From Octopus sinensis (lineage: Eukaryota), in contig NC_043011.1 in the NCBI RefSeq assembly GCF_006345805.1, positions 52,340,464 to 52,404,463 on the forward strand: a stretch of DNA of 64,000 nt. Reading direction: 5' to 3'. Within the stretch, counting starts at the first letter, position 1; the number at the start of each line of letters is the position of its first letter. Below are positions 26,516-39,899 of the stretch, piece after piece. A program made the position numbers and the translations under genes. The notes below the pieces were generated by a model. It was not told where the DNA came from. It saw only the letters and a program-made list of their open reading frames with translations, and made no database searches.

Positions 26516-26559
<44 letters not shown>

Positions 26560-26635
26560 AACACACACATATGTATGTGTGTGTGTGTGTGGTGTGTGTG
26601 TGTATATATATATATATACACACATATGCAGTGTG
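26415..26635. repeat. (TA)n/(CA)n/(TG)n compound microsatellite
   Basis: Read directly from the sequence. Confidence 0.95.
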
Positions 26636-26699
26636 TCCATAAAAACACTCCCTGATTTCTAACAGATATAACATGTAAACTTATTGTAATAATCTTTCA

Positions 26700-27645
26700 C
26701 AGTTAGTAGCTTCAGAGGCAGGATTTCATTCAGTTTCATGTGGTATAGGGTAGCATTAAATGCACGGAACGTGCGCCCCTCTGGATGCCAGTTGAGTGGA
26801 GCACCATCTTGCTGGAAAAGGTAGTCATCACCCTCATGTAGCTAGTTGTGGAAACATTAAATTGGTCAGCATCTCCAGGTAACTTTGACCAGTAACAGTT
26901 CCTCCCTCAAAGAAGAAAGGGGGCCATACACTGTCCTCTCTGATACTGCACAAAACACATTAACTTTTGGTGAGTCTCGCTTAATTTCCTGGATATCACA
27001 GGGATATTTAAGCCTCCATATCTGTACGTTATGCCTATTGACTTTACCATTCATCATCATCATCATCATCGTTTAACGTCCGTTTTCCATGCTAGCATGG
27101 GTTGGACGGTTCAACTGGGGTCTGGGAAGCCAGGAGGCTGCGCCAGGCCCAGTCTGATCTGGCAGTGTTTCTACAGCTGGATGCCCTTCCTAACGCCAAC
27201 CACTCCAAGAGTGTAGTGGGTGCTTTTTATGTGCCACCTGCACAGGTGCCAGACGAGGCTGGCAAACGGCCACGATCGGATGGTGCTTTTTACGTGCCAC
27301 CGGCACGGGGACCAGACGAGGCTGGCAACGGCCTCAAGTGAAATATTGCCTCATCACTGAAAATGATTTTTGACAGCAGGTTATCATTATCTTCCATTAA
27401 TTGCTGAATATCCTCACAAAATTCAAATCGCATTCCGTTATTTTTCAGGTGGAGTTTTAGACTAACTGTAGCTTGTAAGGGTGAAACTTTATGTTTGTGT
27501 AGGAGCTTGCAAACTGTTCTTTTGGGGAGGTGTAGTTCTCAGCTACCTCTTCATATTGACTTTTTGGGGCTGTGCACGAATCTTCTAACTCAATCAATAA
27601 CTTCTGAGACTGATGGTCAGCCAGAATGTCCATTTCTCTTATCAA
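26700..27645 (-). mobile_element. Tc1/mariner transposase relic interrupted by a SINE (27052-27333)
   Basis: PYKLQLV; IIFSDEAIFHL-NGKVNRHNVQIW; DSPKVNVFCAVS; FQQDGAP (two catalytic Asp motifs). Confidence 0.85.
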
Positions 27646-28544
27646 AGATACTCTTTTACTCTTTTACTTGTTTCAGTCATTTGACTGCGGCCATGCTGGA
27701 GCACCGCCTTTAATCGAGCAACTCGACCCCGGGACTTATTCTTTTGTAAGCCCAGTACTTATTCTATCGGTCTCTTTTGCCGAACCGCTAAGTAACAGGG
27801 ACATAAACACACCAGCATCGGTTGTCAAGCAATGCTAGGGGGGACAAACACAGACACACAGACACACACACGCATATATATACATATATACGACGGGCTT
27901 CTTATCAGTTTCTGTCTACCAAATCCACTCACAAGCCTTTGGTCGGCCCGAGGCCATAGTAGAAGACACTTGCCCAAGGTGCCACGCAGTGGGACTGAAC
28001 CCGGAACCATGTGGTTGGTAAACAAGCTACTTACCACACAGCCACTCCTGTGTGGTAAGTACGTCCTTTCTGACTAAAATTGTTGTACCAATTCCGAATG
28101 GACTTGGGTGTAGGTGGAATCATATGTTACTTGAGTCTGAAAGCACATTGCACAGCCACAATATTGTTTGATCTTGTAAATTCCAGTACACACCAGCTGC
28201 GTTGCTGTGGGGTGGCAGACACTTTTAGATTTCCTTGCACCCCTGTGGTTTTCAGGTCAAAGATGTCCAATCACCTGAAAAAACTGAAATAATGTTGTTA
28301 GAGAATCAGTTCACAACATGTTTGTTAATATATTTGAATCAGATTAAATATCATAACATCATGAAATCAGGGAGTGTTTTTGTGGATACCCTGTGTATAT
28401 ATAAATATATATATACATTATTTTTATTAAAGCTGCAAAAATATCACATTGTGATGTTTTTGCAGCTTTAATAAAAAGAAACATATTACTCTACCTTCGG
28501 TATTTGAGTACTGTTTTTTTCCACCTTGTTTTCCACCTGGTGTG

Positions 28545-28569
28545 TGTGTGTATGTATATATGGTGTATA

Positions 28570-28622
<53 letters not shown>

Positions 28623-29523
28623 TATGTATATGTATATTATATAATATATATAGATGTACATTATATATATATATATATGTACATGTATATATATCTACAG
28701 TTTTATTTATATAATCTACATGTTTATTGTATATATATCTACATGTTTATATGTATATATACTACATGTTTATATGTATATATCTATATATATATATGTA
28801 CCCATATATATGTATATACATGTACACATATGTGTATATATATATATATTATATATATGTACACGTATATATGTATATATATATATATATATAATATATA
28901 TGTACACGTATATATGTATTATATATATTATGTCACGTATATATGTATATATATATATATATATATATGTACACGATATATGTATATTATATATATATAT
29001 ATGTACACGTATATATGTATATATATATATATTGTACCTTATATATGTATATATATATATATATGTACACGTATATATGTATATATATAATATATATGTA
29101 CACGTATATATGTATATATATATATATTATATGTACACGTATATATGTATATATATATATATATATGTACACGTATATATGTATATATATATATATGTAT
29201 ATGTACACGTATATATGTATAATATATATATATATTATATGTACACGTATATATGTATATATATATATATATATGTCCACGTATATGTATATATATATAT
29301 ATATATATGTACACGTATATATGTATATATATATATATATATATAGTACACGTATATATGTATATATATATATATATATATGTACACGTATATATGTATA
29401 TATATATATATATATGTACACGTATATATGTATATATATATATAAATATGTACACGTATATATGTATTATATATATAATATTACACGTATATATGTATAT
29501 ATAATATATAATATATGTACACG

Positions 29524-29565
<42 letters not shown>

Positions 29566-29769
29566 GTATATATGTATATATATATATATATATATGTACC
29601 ACTATATATGTATATATATATATATATATAGTATTAGTGTACACGTATATATTATATATATATATATGTACACGTATATATTATATATATGTACACGTAT
29701 ATATGTATATATTATATATATATGTACACGTATATATGTATATATATATATATATATATATGTACACGT

Positions 29770-29807
<38 letters not shown>

Positions 29808-29851
29808 GTATATGTGTATATATATTATATATATATATAGATGTATACGTA

Positions 29852-29883
<32 letters not shown>

Positions 29884-29910
29884 ATAATTTATATATATAT
29901 ATATACACGT
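28545..29910. repeat. Long (TA)n-based minisatellite with a recurring GTACACGT core
   Basis: Dozens of (TA)n-TGTACACGTATATATG units; a related array lies at 30370-30610. Confidence 0.95.
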
Positions 29911-30255
29911 ATCATCATCATCATCATCATCATCATCATCGTTTAACGTCCGCTTTCCATGCTAGCATGGGTTGGGTGGTTCAACTGGGGTCTGGCAAGC
30001 CCGAAGGCTACACCAGGCCAGTCAGATCTGGCAGTGTTTCTACAGCTGGATGCCCTTCCTAACGCCAACCACTCCGAGAGTGTAGTGGGTGATTTTATGT
30101 GCCACCGACACAGGTGCCAGACGAGGCTGCGTATATATGTATATATATATATATGTAACGGGAAGCTTTATGAAAATAGACAAAAGACGAAGGCAGGTGG
30201 AAAACAAACAAACAACTGTATTAGTATGGCACTCAGGAAATATAAATAAAACAAG

Positions 30256-30293
30256 TCTTTAACGTTTCGAGCCTACGCTCTTCAACAGAAAGA
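30256..30293 (-). ncRNA. Minimal hammerhead motif with a CUGUUGA (A6U) core
   Basis: tcttt-CTGTTGA-A-gagc(gtag)gctc-GAAACGTT-aaaga; stems I and II pair perfectly. Confidence 0.7.
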
Positions 30294-30526
30294 TACACAG
30301 AGAGAAAAAAAACACAGAAAGAAGGAGAGAAAAAAAATGCGTGCAGTAACTAACGAATCAACATGGCGTATATATATATATATATGTACACGTATATATG
30401 TACATGTATATATATATGTACATGTATATGTGTGTGTGTATATGTATATATGTATATATATATATGTACATGTATATGTGTGTGTGTATATATATATATA
30501 TATACATACATACATACGTATGTATA

Positions 30527-30559
<33 letters not shown>

Positions 30560-31169
30560 TATATATACATACATACATACATACAAACATACGTACGTAC
30601 GTATGTGTGTGTGTATTGGCTCATCCCATAAATGTAGTTTTTTCAATTGCATGAACTAGATGTCAGAGAGGAACAGGATAAACTATCTGCATCAACTTGC
30701 TATAAAAGCAAGTAGTAATTCTACTTTGTATTTATTCTTAGAGCAAGTTTTGAAGAATGCAGTTCGATTTTTAACAATTATTTTTTCAAAGCTGTAATGA
30801 TGATATCTTTGGTGATTAGAAGAAGAAAGACATACAACATGAAAGGGAAAAGACTTACTGCAGCAAACATTTGCATGGCAGATTCTTTATAGCCACAAAT
30901 GAGTTTGAAGGCGAGAAGAGGTAGAACTAGGCGTGAGCTGGCTGAAACGTTAGCACGCCGGGCGAAATGCGTAGCCGTATTTCATCTGCCGTTACGTTCT
31001 GAGTTCAAATACCGCCGAGGTCGACTTCGCCTTTCATCCTTTCGGGGTCGATAAATTAAGTACCAGTTTCGCACTGGGGTCGATGTAATCAACTTTAATC
31101 CCTTTGTCTGTCCTTGTGTGTCCCCTCTATGTTTAGCCCCTTGTGGGTAGTAAAAGAAATAGGTAGAAC

Positions 31170-31890
31170 TGGTGGAAGAAAAATGGCCTGAAGGGAGAGT
31201 CTGACGGAGAGTCTGCACAGGAAAATCACTGGCAAAGAGTGACATTGGCAGGAAGTGTAGGATGCACAGTGAAAGAGAAGAAATGATTGCACACATAGTT
31301 TCAGAAGGAATATAAGAACTGGAAACCTGATAGGGTGGCAAGTGTTGTGCATTAGAAAGTCTGTAAGTAATACAGCTGCCCTTCTGATGAAAAGTGGTAT
31401 GACCACAAGGTAGAGAAGGTGCTGGAGAATGAAAATACAAAGATCCTGTGGGATTGTAAATTGCTGACAGATAAGGTCATGGGGCACCCTCAGCTCGAGG
31501 TTGTTATCTTTTACAGAACATCTCATGAATGTATGATGTTCTTTTAGTATTAGAGTGAAAGAGAAAGAACAGAAAAAGCTTGATGAGTAAAATGATTCGA
31601 GATACAAGATTGGGTTGCTATGGAAATGTAAGAGTGTAAAGACAGTGCCACTTGTCACCAGTACATTGGGCACCATAAGCAGAAATTTTGAAAAATTAGG
31701 GGAACATTTTGGTTGAGATTATAAACTTTCCCGTTATGCAGAAAACCAATTTATTAGAGACAACAAGAATCTTTAGAAAATGTGCTGGATATCTAAGGCC
31801 ACGGGATGTGACTTGCTATTCAACAGAATGAACCGACATAACACCTCAGACCAAGAGATAACGATAATTAATAATAATAATAATAACAAC
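31170..31890 (+). mobile_element. 3' fragment of an R4/Dong-type (RLE) non-LTR retrotransposon
   Basis: Degenerate CCHC knuckle (RKCRMH...IAHIVSE), ENENTKILWD (RLE entry), LLWKCKSVKTVPLVTSTLG, QKTNLLETTRIFRK, then an (AAT)n tail. Confidence 0.8.
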
Positions 31891-32157
31891 AATGGTTTCC
31901 AACTTTGGCACAAGGCCAGCAATTTTAGGGTGGGGGTTAAGTCAGTTATATTATTTTATCGACCCCAAAATGATGAAAGGTAAAGTCAAACTTGGCAGAA
32001 TTTGAGCTGAATTAAATTCTGCTAAGTACTTAGCCCAGTGCACTAATGATTGTGCCAGTTTGTCACTTAAATAATAATATTAATTGTTATAGTAATTGTG
32101 ATAATAATGTTGATGATGACAATTAACTAAACTTGTTTGTGTATGTTTATTTGACAG

Positions 32158-32343
32158 GAGACCTCATTCACTGGAACGAAGTGTGTGACTCGTAAAACCT
32201 CTACATCCAGTTCTAAGAGTTTACCTTGCAGGACAGCGTTGGTGAACCATAATATTCCACGAACACATTCAGCATCCACTTCACAAGATGCCAACTCACA
32301 TTTCAAAGGCCAAAAGCGAACCACTCTGACAACAGAATTGTGA
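32158..32343 (+). CDS. Terminal coding exon G, ending ...KRTTLTTEL-stop
   Basis: Acceptor tttatttgacag|GAG in phase 0, 61 open codons, TGA at 32341-32343. The seven exons total 2071 nt in one continuous frame. Confidence 0.75.
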   Translation, partial: ETSFTGTKCVTRKTSTSSSKSLPCRTALVNHNIPRTHSASTSQDANSHFKGQKRTTLTTEL

Positions 32344-32837
32344 AATGGACACATGGGGGCAGGGATATCATGACAAGAGTCTTGACCAGTGATACACACA
32401 CACACACACACACACTCATGTGTTTATATGTACCAACACACTATTTCATATATGTTTCCATGCATATACATACATACCTACAGAGATGTAAATACTGAAA
32501 CAGACACACATCTACATACAAACACACATGAACACATAGATATATGCAAACATTCACAAGCTATATGCACTATATACATTATATGTGCATGTATGTGCGT
32601 GTGTGTGAAAACTCTGTTTCTCACATAACGGAAATGGAATATACTGGTTGCCTAGCAACATTTCAATTTGACTGTAAATGTTTGAATCACATCTGCCTTA
32701 GCATTTAATATTATACACACATGTACAGTTATGTATGGGCATGCAGCCACCCACACAAATACATATATACACACACACTCCATATATATGTATGTATGTA
32801 TATGCCACATATATTGTTCAGTTCCTACTTTAATGAC

Positions 32838-32874
<37 letters not shown>

Positions 32875-33940
32875 TATACACAAATATATATATATTTACA
32901 TATACATACATGTATGTATATATATAAATACACACACATACAAATACCTGTCTCTTCATATGCTACAAGCTAAACAAAAGATGATTGGTAAGACATGCTT
33001 AAAAGATTTAAACCCCGACCTCTGTATATGTGTGTGTTGAGAGAGAGAGAGAGATGGGAGGGAAGGAGGAAGGAAGTGTTCGTTTAATCTCTGTAAATCC
33101 TGTCTGTCTGTCATACCCCACTACACAACATCTACCTTTCCTCCTCCCTTTACAACTGTTAGCTTTGAACATCATGTTGTACCAAATCTATACACTAATC
33201 TACACCTCCACTTCAAGAGAGAGAGAGAAAAAGTAGGAGTGGGAACCTCCACTCACTTACTTCTCCTCGAGGAAATAGTGGCCGGGGTGGGGGGTAGTGA
33301 TAAGACTGTATAAGATTTATATATTGGATTATTGAGTGGGACCAACTGATATTTTCTCCATTTATCTGTTTATATATATATATATATATATATATCTTTC
33401 AGTGTGTATAAATGCATATCTGTCTATCTATGCTAAGTTATCTGTTAGTATATCAATCTCTCTCTCTCTCACTCCATGTGAGTATGTATGTATGTGTGTG
33501 TGTGTATGTGTATATATATATATATATATATTACACACACACACACACATAAACACATACAAAGGTAACTGATCAGTTGATCCCTTACCTGTGGAGATCA
33601 ACTTACATATAATTGTATAAATACAAACACCCTCTTTCCCCCTATATAATCATCATTGTCATTTCAAATGCAGTTTTCCATGTTTGCATCGGTCAAACAG
33701 GATCTATTTAGACAGGGTTTTTTTTTCATAGCTGGATGCCTTGCATGTCACCAGCCTAGATAATAATTCCCCATGGCCAGACATGGTAACGACACTGCTT
33801 GTATGACAGTGACACTGACTCACAATTACTATGTGATGTGAAGACATATACACCTCTTCTTCTGTCTGACTCTCTCTCCTCCTCTCTCCCTACGTGTATA
33901 TATATATATATAAGTCAGTAAATGGTGGGGTTGTGTTGGA

Positions 33941-34088
33941 GGAAAAAATAATAAGGCAGAATGCTAAACTGAAAGTAAATTTTAATAAAAATGGATGCAT
34001 GAAATTTTTTTTTTTTTTTTTATTTTTCATACACCCGTTTTTATTAAAATTTACTTTCAGCTTAGCATTCTGCCTTATCATTTTTTCC
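33941..34088. repeat. 64-bp inverted repeat with a poly-T spacer, flanked by (TA)n
   Basis: Arms 33941-34004 and 34025-34088, 59/64 complementary. Confidence 0.92.
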
Positions 34089-37000
34089 TTTCCTATATAT
34101 ATATATATATATATATATGTTTGTATGTATTCGTCTATCAATCAGTTTCAAAGAAAGAAAGCTACTCGCAAGAATATTTGAATAAATTTTCAAATACTGT
34201 GAACTAATGTAAGTTGTATATATATATATATATTATATCCTGTAGCAGACTGTTAAATTATATTTATTAAGTCTTTGGGTACCTTTAGTAGAGTTGCATG
34301 TATTTGGACTAGATCCCAGGTTTGAGGATTCCTTTCTCCCACAAATGCATGTCTATATGTGTGTGTATATGTTTATGTGTGTGTATATATATTATACAAA
34401 TGCATATATGATTGTGTGTGTATATACACATACACTCACACACAGTAGCTTTGTCACTTGTAAACTAATCTACTCAAGACCATAAGAAATATTACCTTGA
34501 AGACTTTGCTTTTTTTTTTATTCCTAGACGTCTTATTTTTGTTTTTTTTTATTTTATTTTATTTTAATTCTGAAGAAATACACAAAAACAAAAATAAAAC
34601 CAAACATATTATGGGTTCATGGGTTCAATCTTTGCTGAGGTCTTCATTTATTCTTCAGTTGGTTGGGTGGGGGTCCATCTCAGTAATTCAAAGGTTGAAA
34701 GAATGGAAGATGAGAAGAAAATTATTTTAATCTTTTCCCCCTAATATTTTGTATCATCTTTTATGTATTTTCATAACTTCTATCATTGTAGTTTTGTTTT
34801 TGTTATTATCAAGGACGGTGGCTGATTGGAGAAAATACCTTGTGGTGTTTCTGTTCTAAGTTCAAAACCCTTGTCAAAGGTTGTCTCTGCTTTTCAATCT
34901 TCTCAGATAGAGGTGGTGTGAGGGAGGGGTCGATTAAAATAGTTATTCAATAAAATATTTGCAGCTTAATCAACTATATCCAGCCCCCCACAACCCATGT
35001 ATTTTACTATTGCACACATTAGTGACCATGTAATTCTGCCGAGGTCAACTTTACCTATCATCCTTTCGAGGTTGATAAAATAAATACCAGTTGAACACTG
35101 CAGTTATTATTATTATTATTAGGGCAACAAGTTGGCAGGATTCAAGTACCACCAGTGTCGACTTGGTCTTTCATCCTTTCAGGGTTGATAAAATAAGTAC
35201 CAGTTGAACAGTAAGGTCAACGTAACCAACTTACCCCAATGTCCAAGCTTGCTGGCCTTGTGCCAAAATCTGAAATTACTATTATTATCATTATTAAGGT
35301 AGCATGCTGGACAAAATGCTCAGCAGTAATTCTTCAGGCTTTTTGTTCTGATTTCAAATTCTGCTATGGTCAACTTTGCCTTTCATCCTTTATCTGCTGG
35401 TCAATAAAATAAGTACCAAATAAGTACTAGCGTTGATGAAATCTGCTGTCCCCCTGACCATCAAACTTCAGGCCTTGTGCCTATAGTAGAAAAGATTCTT
35501 CACGATATTATTATCGTGGTCATGTGTGCAGAGGTGGGTCGTGGTGTGGTGGTAAGTTCTTTGCAGTTTATATATTCAGTGTTGCTGGAAGGCTTCTTCA
35601 CACCCATCAGTGTTGGCTAAAAGGAAGTGTAATGAACCTCATCACTTTCCATTTTGATGTCTTTTTAAGATTACTGATTTTTTTCACTATCAAACAAAAC
35701 ATGTAAAAAAAAAAAATTGAAGTCTTTTTTTTAAACGTTGTTGTTGCAATAGTTTAATTGTATTAAGTAACAAATTTGCTGTTCTCACATCACAGGTTAA
35801 ATTTAGTATATTATTTGTATGTTAATTATAGTTGACAAAGTTTTGAAATCGCTTCATTCCGTGTAACACACACACAAACACACACAGGCATATAACCATT
35901 CATGTAACATAACCACTAATGCACAAATATATACATGTATGTAACAGATGTATTAATCCAAATAAGTGGAAGAATAGAAGAAATGAAGTTGAAAATGTAC
36001 AAAGAATAAGAATTAATTAGAATTTAATTATACTTTGAAACAGAGGAATACAATTGATTTAGATTTTCAAAAGTGTATAGTATATTGGAACTGTCACAAA
36101 TTATGTCTGTTCTGGCTATTGTTACAAAAATTTTGATTTTAAAAAATAATACTATCCGTTAATGTACAAATTGATTGGTCAACTTCAGATTCTAAGCTCG
36201 TGACAGTTGTGTGAGATGGTTACACAAAAGCTTTTCTCCATTGACTGTCGTACAAAAGAAAAGAGAGAAGTAAAGAAATTGGGGAACTTTTAAAATTATA
36301 ATAAAAAAAAGTTATTCACTTAAAACTTTGCAATCAATAGTAATGTGTGTATAATTCTTAGATTTAGAATTTGCAAAGAATTGTGTTGACTTGTGTCTTC
36401 TCTAGGTAAAAACTAATTGAACAGATTTGCTATTTATGCAGCTGAAACCAAGGAAAGTCATTTAATACTGTTAAATATAAAGAATTGTCTCCTATTAGTC
36501 CATGGCTTTCTGAACTAGTTCTTTCAGTTTTTGGACCAGGAATTGTCCAACAGACTTATCTCTTGTTCTGTCACTAATGAATCTGGACAAAAGAGCTTTA
36601 GCTTCATTTATTGGAATTTCGTCCATTTAGTGAACAGCCTTCCAAACTTTATTCACATCAAACTCTAAGATGTCATCTTGCTGACTGACATCATCAGTGT
36701 TGGTCATGTTTGGATCTTTCTCAATAAAGGTTTCATTACTTTCTCACCTTAAACAAAGGTACTCTTCTCCATCTTTCTCATTTTCCACTAAAAAAATTTG
36801 TGAGATGTATCGATTGATTGGTCTGTTACAATGACAAGTTTGATAGCAAACATTGCCAGTTCATTATTGTTCACCCCCTTCCAGTTTGGGAGAATTTAGC
36901 ACCCTCTTCTTCCCCTACAAGCTCCTCCAATACATGAAATAAGTAAAATAGTTCTTGCTTTTAGTTATTGAAAATAGAAATGATTGAATGGTCTCCATGG

Positions 37001-38590
37001 ATCTACAATAAGGACAATACAAATCTCGATTTCTTCATCATAAACTTCAAGTTCTTCATTATTATCAAATAGGTATTTTGCCTTTTATTGTCCAACTAGC
37101 CAATGCTATGTGGTGTGACTGTCATCTCAAAGAGAGATAATGGAGTTATTTCTTCCTTGGCCTGTCCAATGATGATGATCTGGTATGATTTCCAGATTTC
37201 TTCCAGTTTGTTGCTCCAAGTTTCTGAGAACTTCCACACACAAGCAAGGACCACATCCAAATCTGGAAATTTAATGGAATTCAAATTTAAATAAATCACA
37301 CATTATAGAAATTTGTATATAACGAAAAACACATGAAATAGATGAACATACACATATAAAAAAAAAAAATCACACACACACACACCGCAGATATGCTAAT
37401 GCCTGTACATTAGAACTGTGAAGTATGAAAAAGACTGCTGTTATTGTTGTAATTGTTATTGTTGTTGTCTTTAATGTCTAACATTTGACTCAGTTTCCAT
37501 TTCATAATTTGAACCCTCGTCTATTTTCAGAATGATATGATAAATTATCTTATTGTCCAATTAGCCAATGCTGTATGGTGTGACTGTCTGACTGGCCACT
37601 GAGCCAGCTAGGTGTTTTAGTCTGACCAACCACAGACATAAAAGGTAGACTGTCTAATTATCAGTCAATGACTTTTTACATGTTCATTGTTTGGCCAACC
37701 ACTGGACATGGATTGTCTGACGAACTGAAAACAAGGGCTGGTCCGACCAGTCAAAGACTTGTGGTAACCAATCACAAATTTGTTTGGTTTAACCAATTGA
37801 CTGCTAACATGTTATAGTATGCTCTATAAGATCACCAAATTGACCACAATTATATTATTGACCACTATCTTATGGTGAAAAATTGACCATTTTGATATGG
37901 TATGGACTAACTGACAGATCCTTATTTTCCCCTCCTGTTTTATCATTAACATTTTCTTTGCTATACTTTGCCTATCAGTTTGTGTGTGTGTGTGTGCGCG
38001 CATGCATGTGTGTGTGCGTGCGTGTGTGTAATCTGTCCTTTTGATTTCTCTTTATACAACAACTGCTATTATTGTTTTGTCTTGACATTTAAAAATTCAT
38101 GGCTGATAAAAGTCCAGGACCAACTGAAACCCCCACCCTTGCCACCTCCACTTGGCCACCCTCCTGTGGTACATTATTATCTTCTGTGCTATTGAAGTAG
38201 GTTAACTATTGTAAATGTGAAACATACATGACTGGAATAAAGTTCAAACGAAATAAATATTATTATAATAAATACTGCACTGTTGTTTGTTTGTTTTTGT
38301 CTATTATGGTAACTAACTCTTTTATTTTCTACTTATTTGCTTCAGTCATTGGACTGCAGCCATGCTGGAGCACCACCTAGAATGGTTTAGTCAAACAAAT
38401 GATCCTACAGAGCTATTATATAGTTCTATATAAACTGTTATATATTCTGGTGGTCTCTTTTTATTGAACTGCTCAGTTATGGGGATATAAACAAACCAAC
38501 ACAAGTTGTCTGGTTGTGGAGGGAAACAAACACACACACACACACACTCATAGATATCTATGTGTATTATATATATATGTAATGTGTAGT

Positions 38591-38643
<53 letters not shown>

Positions 38644-39899
38644 TCATCATCGTTTAGTGTCCGCTTTCCATGCTAGCATGGGTTGGACGGTTCAACTGGG
38701 GTCTGGAAAGCCAGAAGGCTGCACCAGGCCCAGTCTGATCTGGCAATGTTTCTACGGCTGGATGCCCTTCCTAACGCCAACCACTCCATGAGTGTAGTGG
38801 GTGCTTTTTACGTGCCACCGGCACAGGTGCCAGAAGAGTCTGGCAACGGCCATGAACGGATGGTGCTTTTTACGTGCCACCGGCACAAGGGCCAGGCGAA
38901 GCTGGCAACGGCCACGAACGGATGGTGCTTTTTACGTGCCACCGGCACGAGGCCAGTCGGGGCAGTGCTGGCAATGGCCACATTCGGATGGTGTGTGTGT
39001 GTGTATATATATATAATGTATGTATGTATATAAATATGGGCTTCTTTCAGTTTCTATCAAATCCACTCATGAAACATTGGTCACCCTGAGGCTATTGAAG
39101 ATGCTTGCCCAAGGTGTCATGCAGTAGAAGTGAGGCCAGAGCTACTCTGCATTGATAAAGGGCAAATACCCTGAGACATGTCTGCAGATGTCTGACCAGC
39201 AAGGGGAAGCGGCTGACCTCCCCTGTTCGAAGGTTATAATGGACACAGGTTCGTGTGTCATATAGCTAGCTAGAGGCCATCGCCTCTTGGAGCTAATCAA
39301 CGGCAGCTTTAGTCTTACATTTATGGACTACCATATTAGCTTGGCGATAACTATTAATACGTGTCATTAACTAAACTAATAATAAACAAATGGAAAATTC
39401 TTTTAACAATGAAAATTACGAATATATTTTATCAATGAAAAATACTAATACAAATTATCAATGGAAAATGGCTATATTTAAGCTATGATAGAACAAAGTC
39501 ACTATTAGAGCTATCTATATATATATATATATATATTCAGTTCCACTGCATGACACCTTGGACAAGTATCTTCTACTATAGCCTTGAGCTGACCAAAGCT
39601 TGTGAGTGGATTTGGTAGACAGAAATTGAAAGAAGCCCATTGTGTGTGTATACACACACAAATAAATTAGGGTACTGAAATACCAGCTTGCTAGAAATAG
39701 GGGTCAACACTCCAGAGCTGCAAATTTCTCACAATTAAGAAACGTGGTGAATGTAATGAATGTAATAAAAATAGGCCTTACCTTTGCATAAACCACAAAG
39801 CAAGAACAGATATCTTGGTATCAACTGGTTTCACTAGAATCTGTTGCTTCATTAAACAGAATAAAGCACAAAATAGACGTAAAAGTCAATATTAGAAGA

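Noticed and set aside
28256-28310. Candidate extra exon VKDVQSPEKTEIMLLENQ
   Set aside because: Plausible phase 0 acceptor but no convincing donor, and not needed for frame continuity.
28542-30659. Long Y/I/M/C-rich ORFs (up to 313 aa)
   Set aside because: Translations of (TA)n/(TG)n satellite, open in several frames on both strands; the same applies to ORFs near 8163, 26327, 32652 and 33336.
36663-36702. CTGATGA followed by a tgtca/tgaca stem on the - strand
   Set aside because: No GAAA after the stem and no stem I/III, so not a hammerhead.
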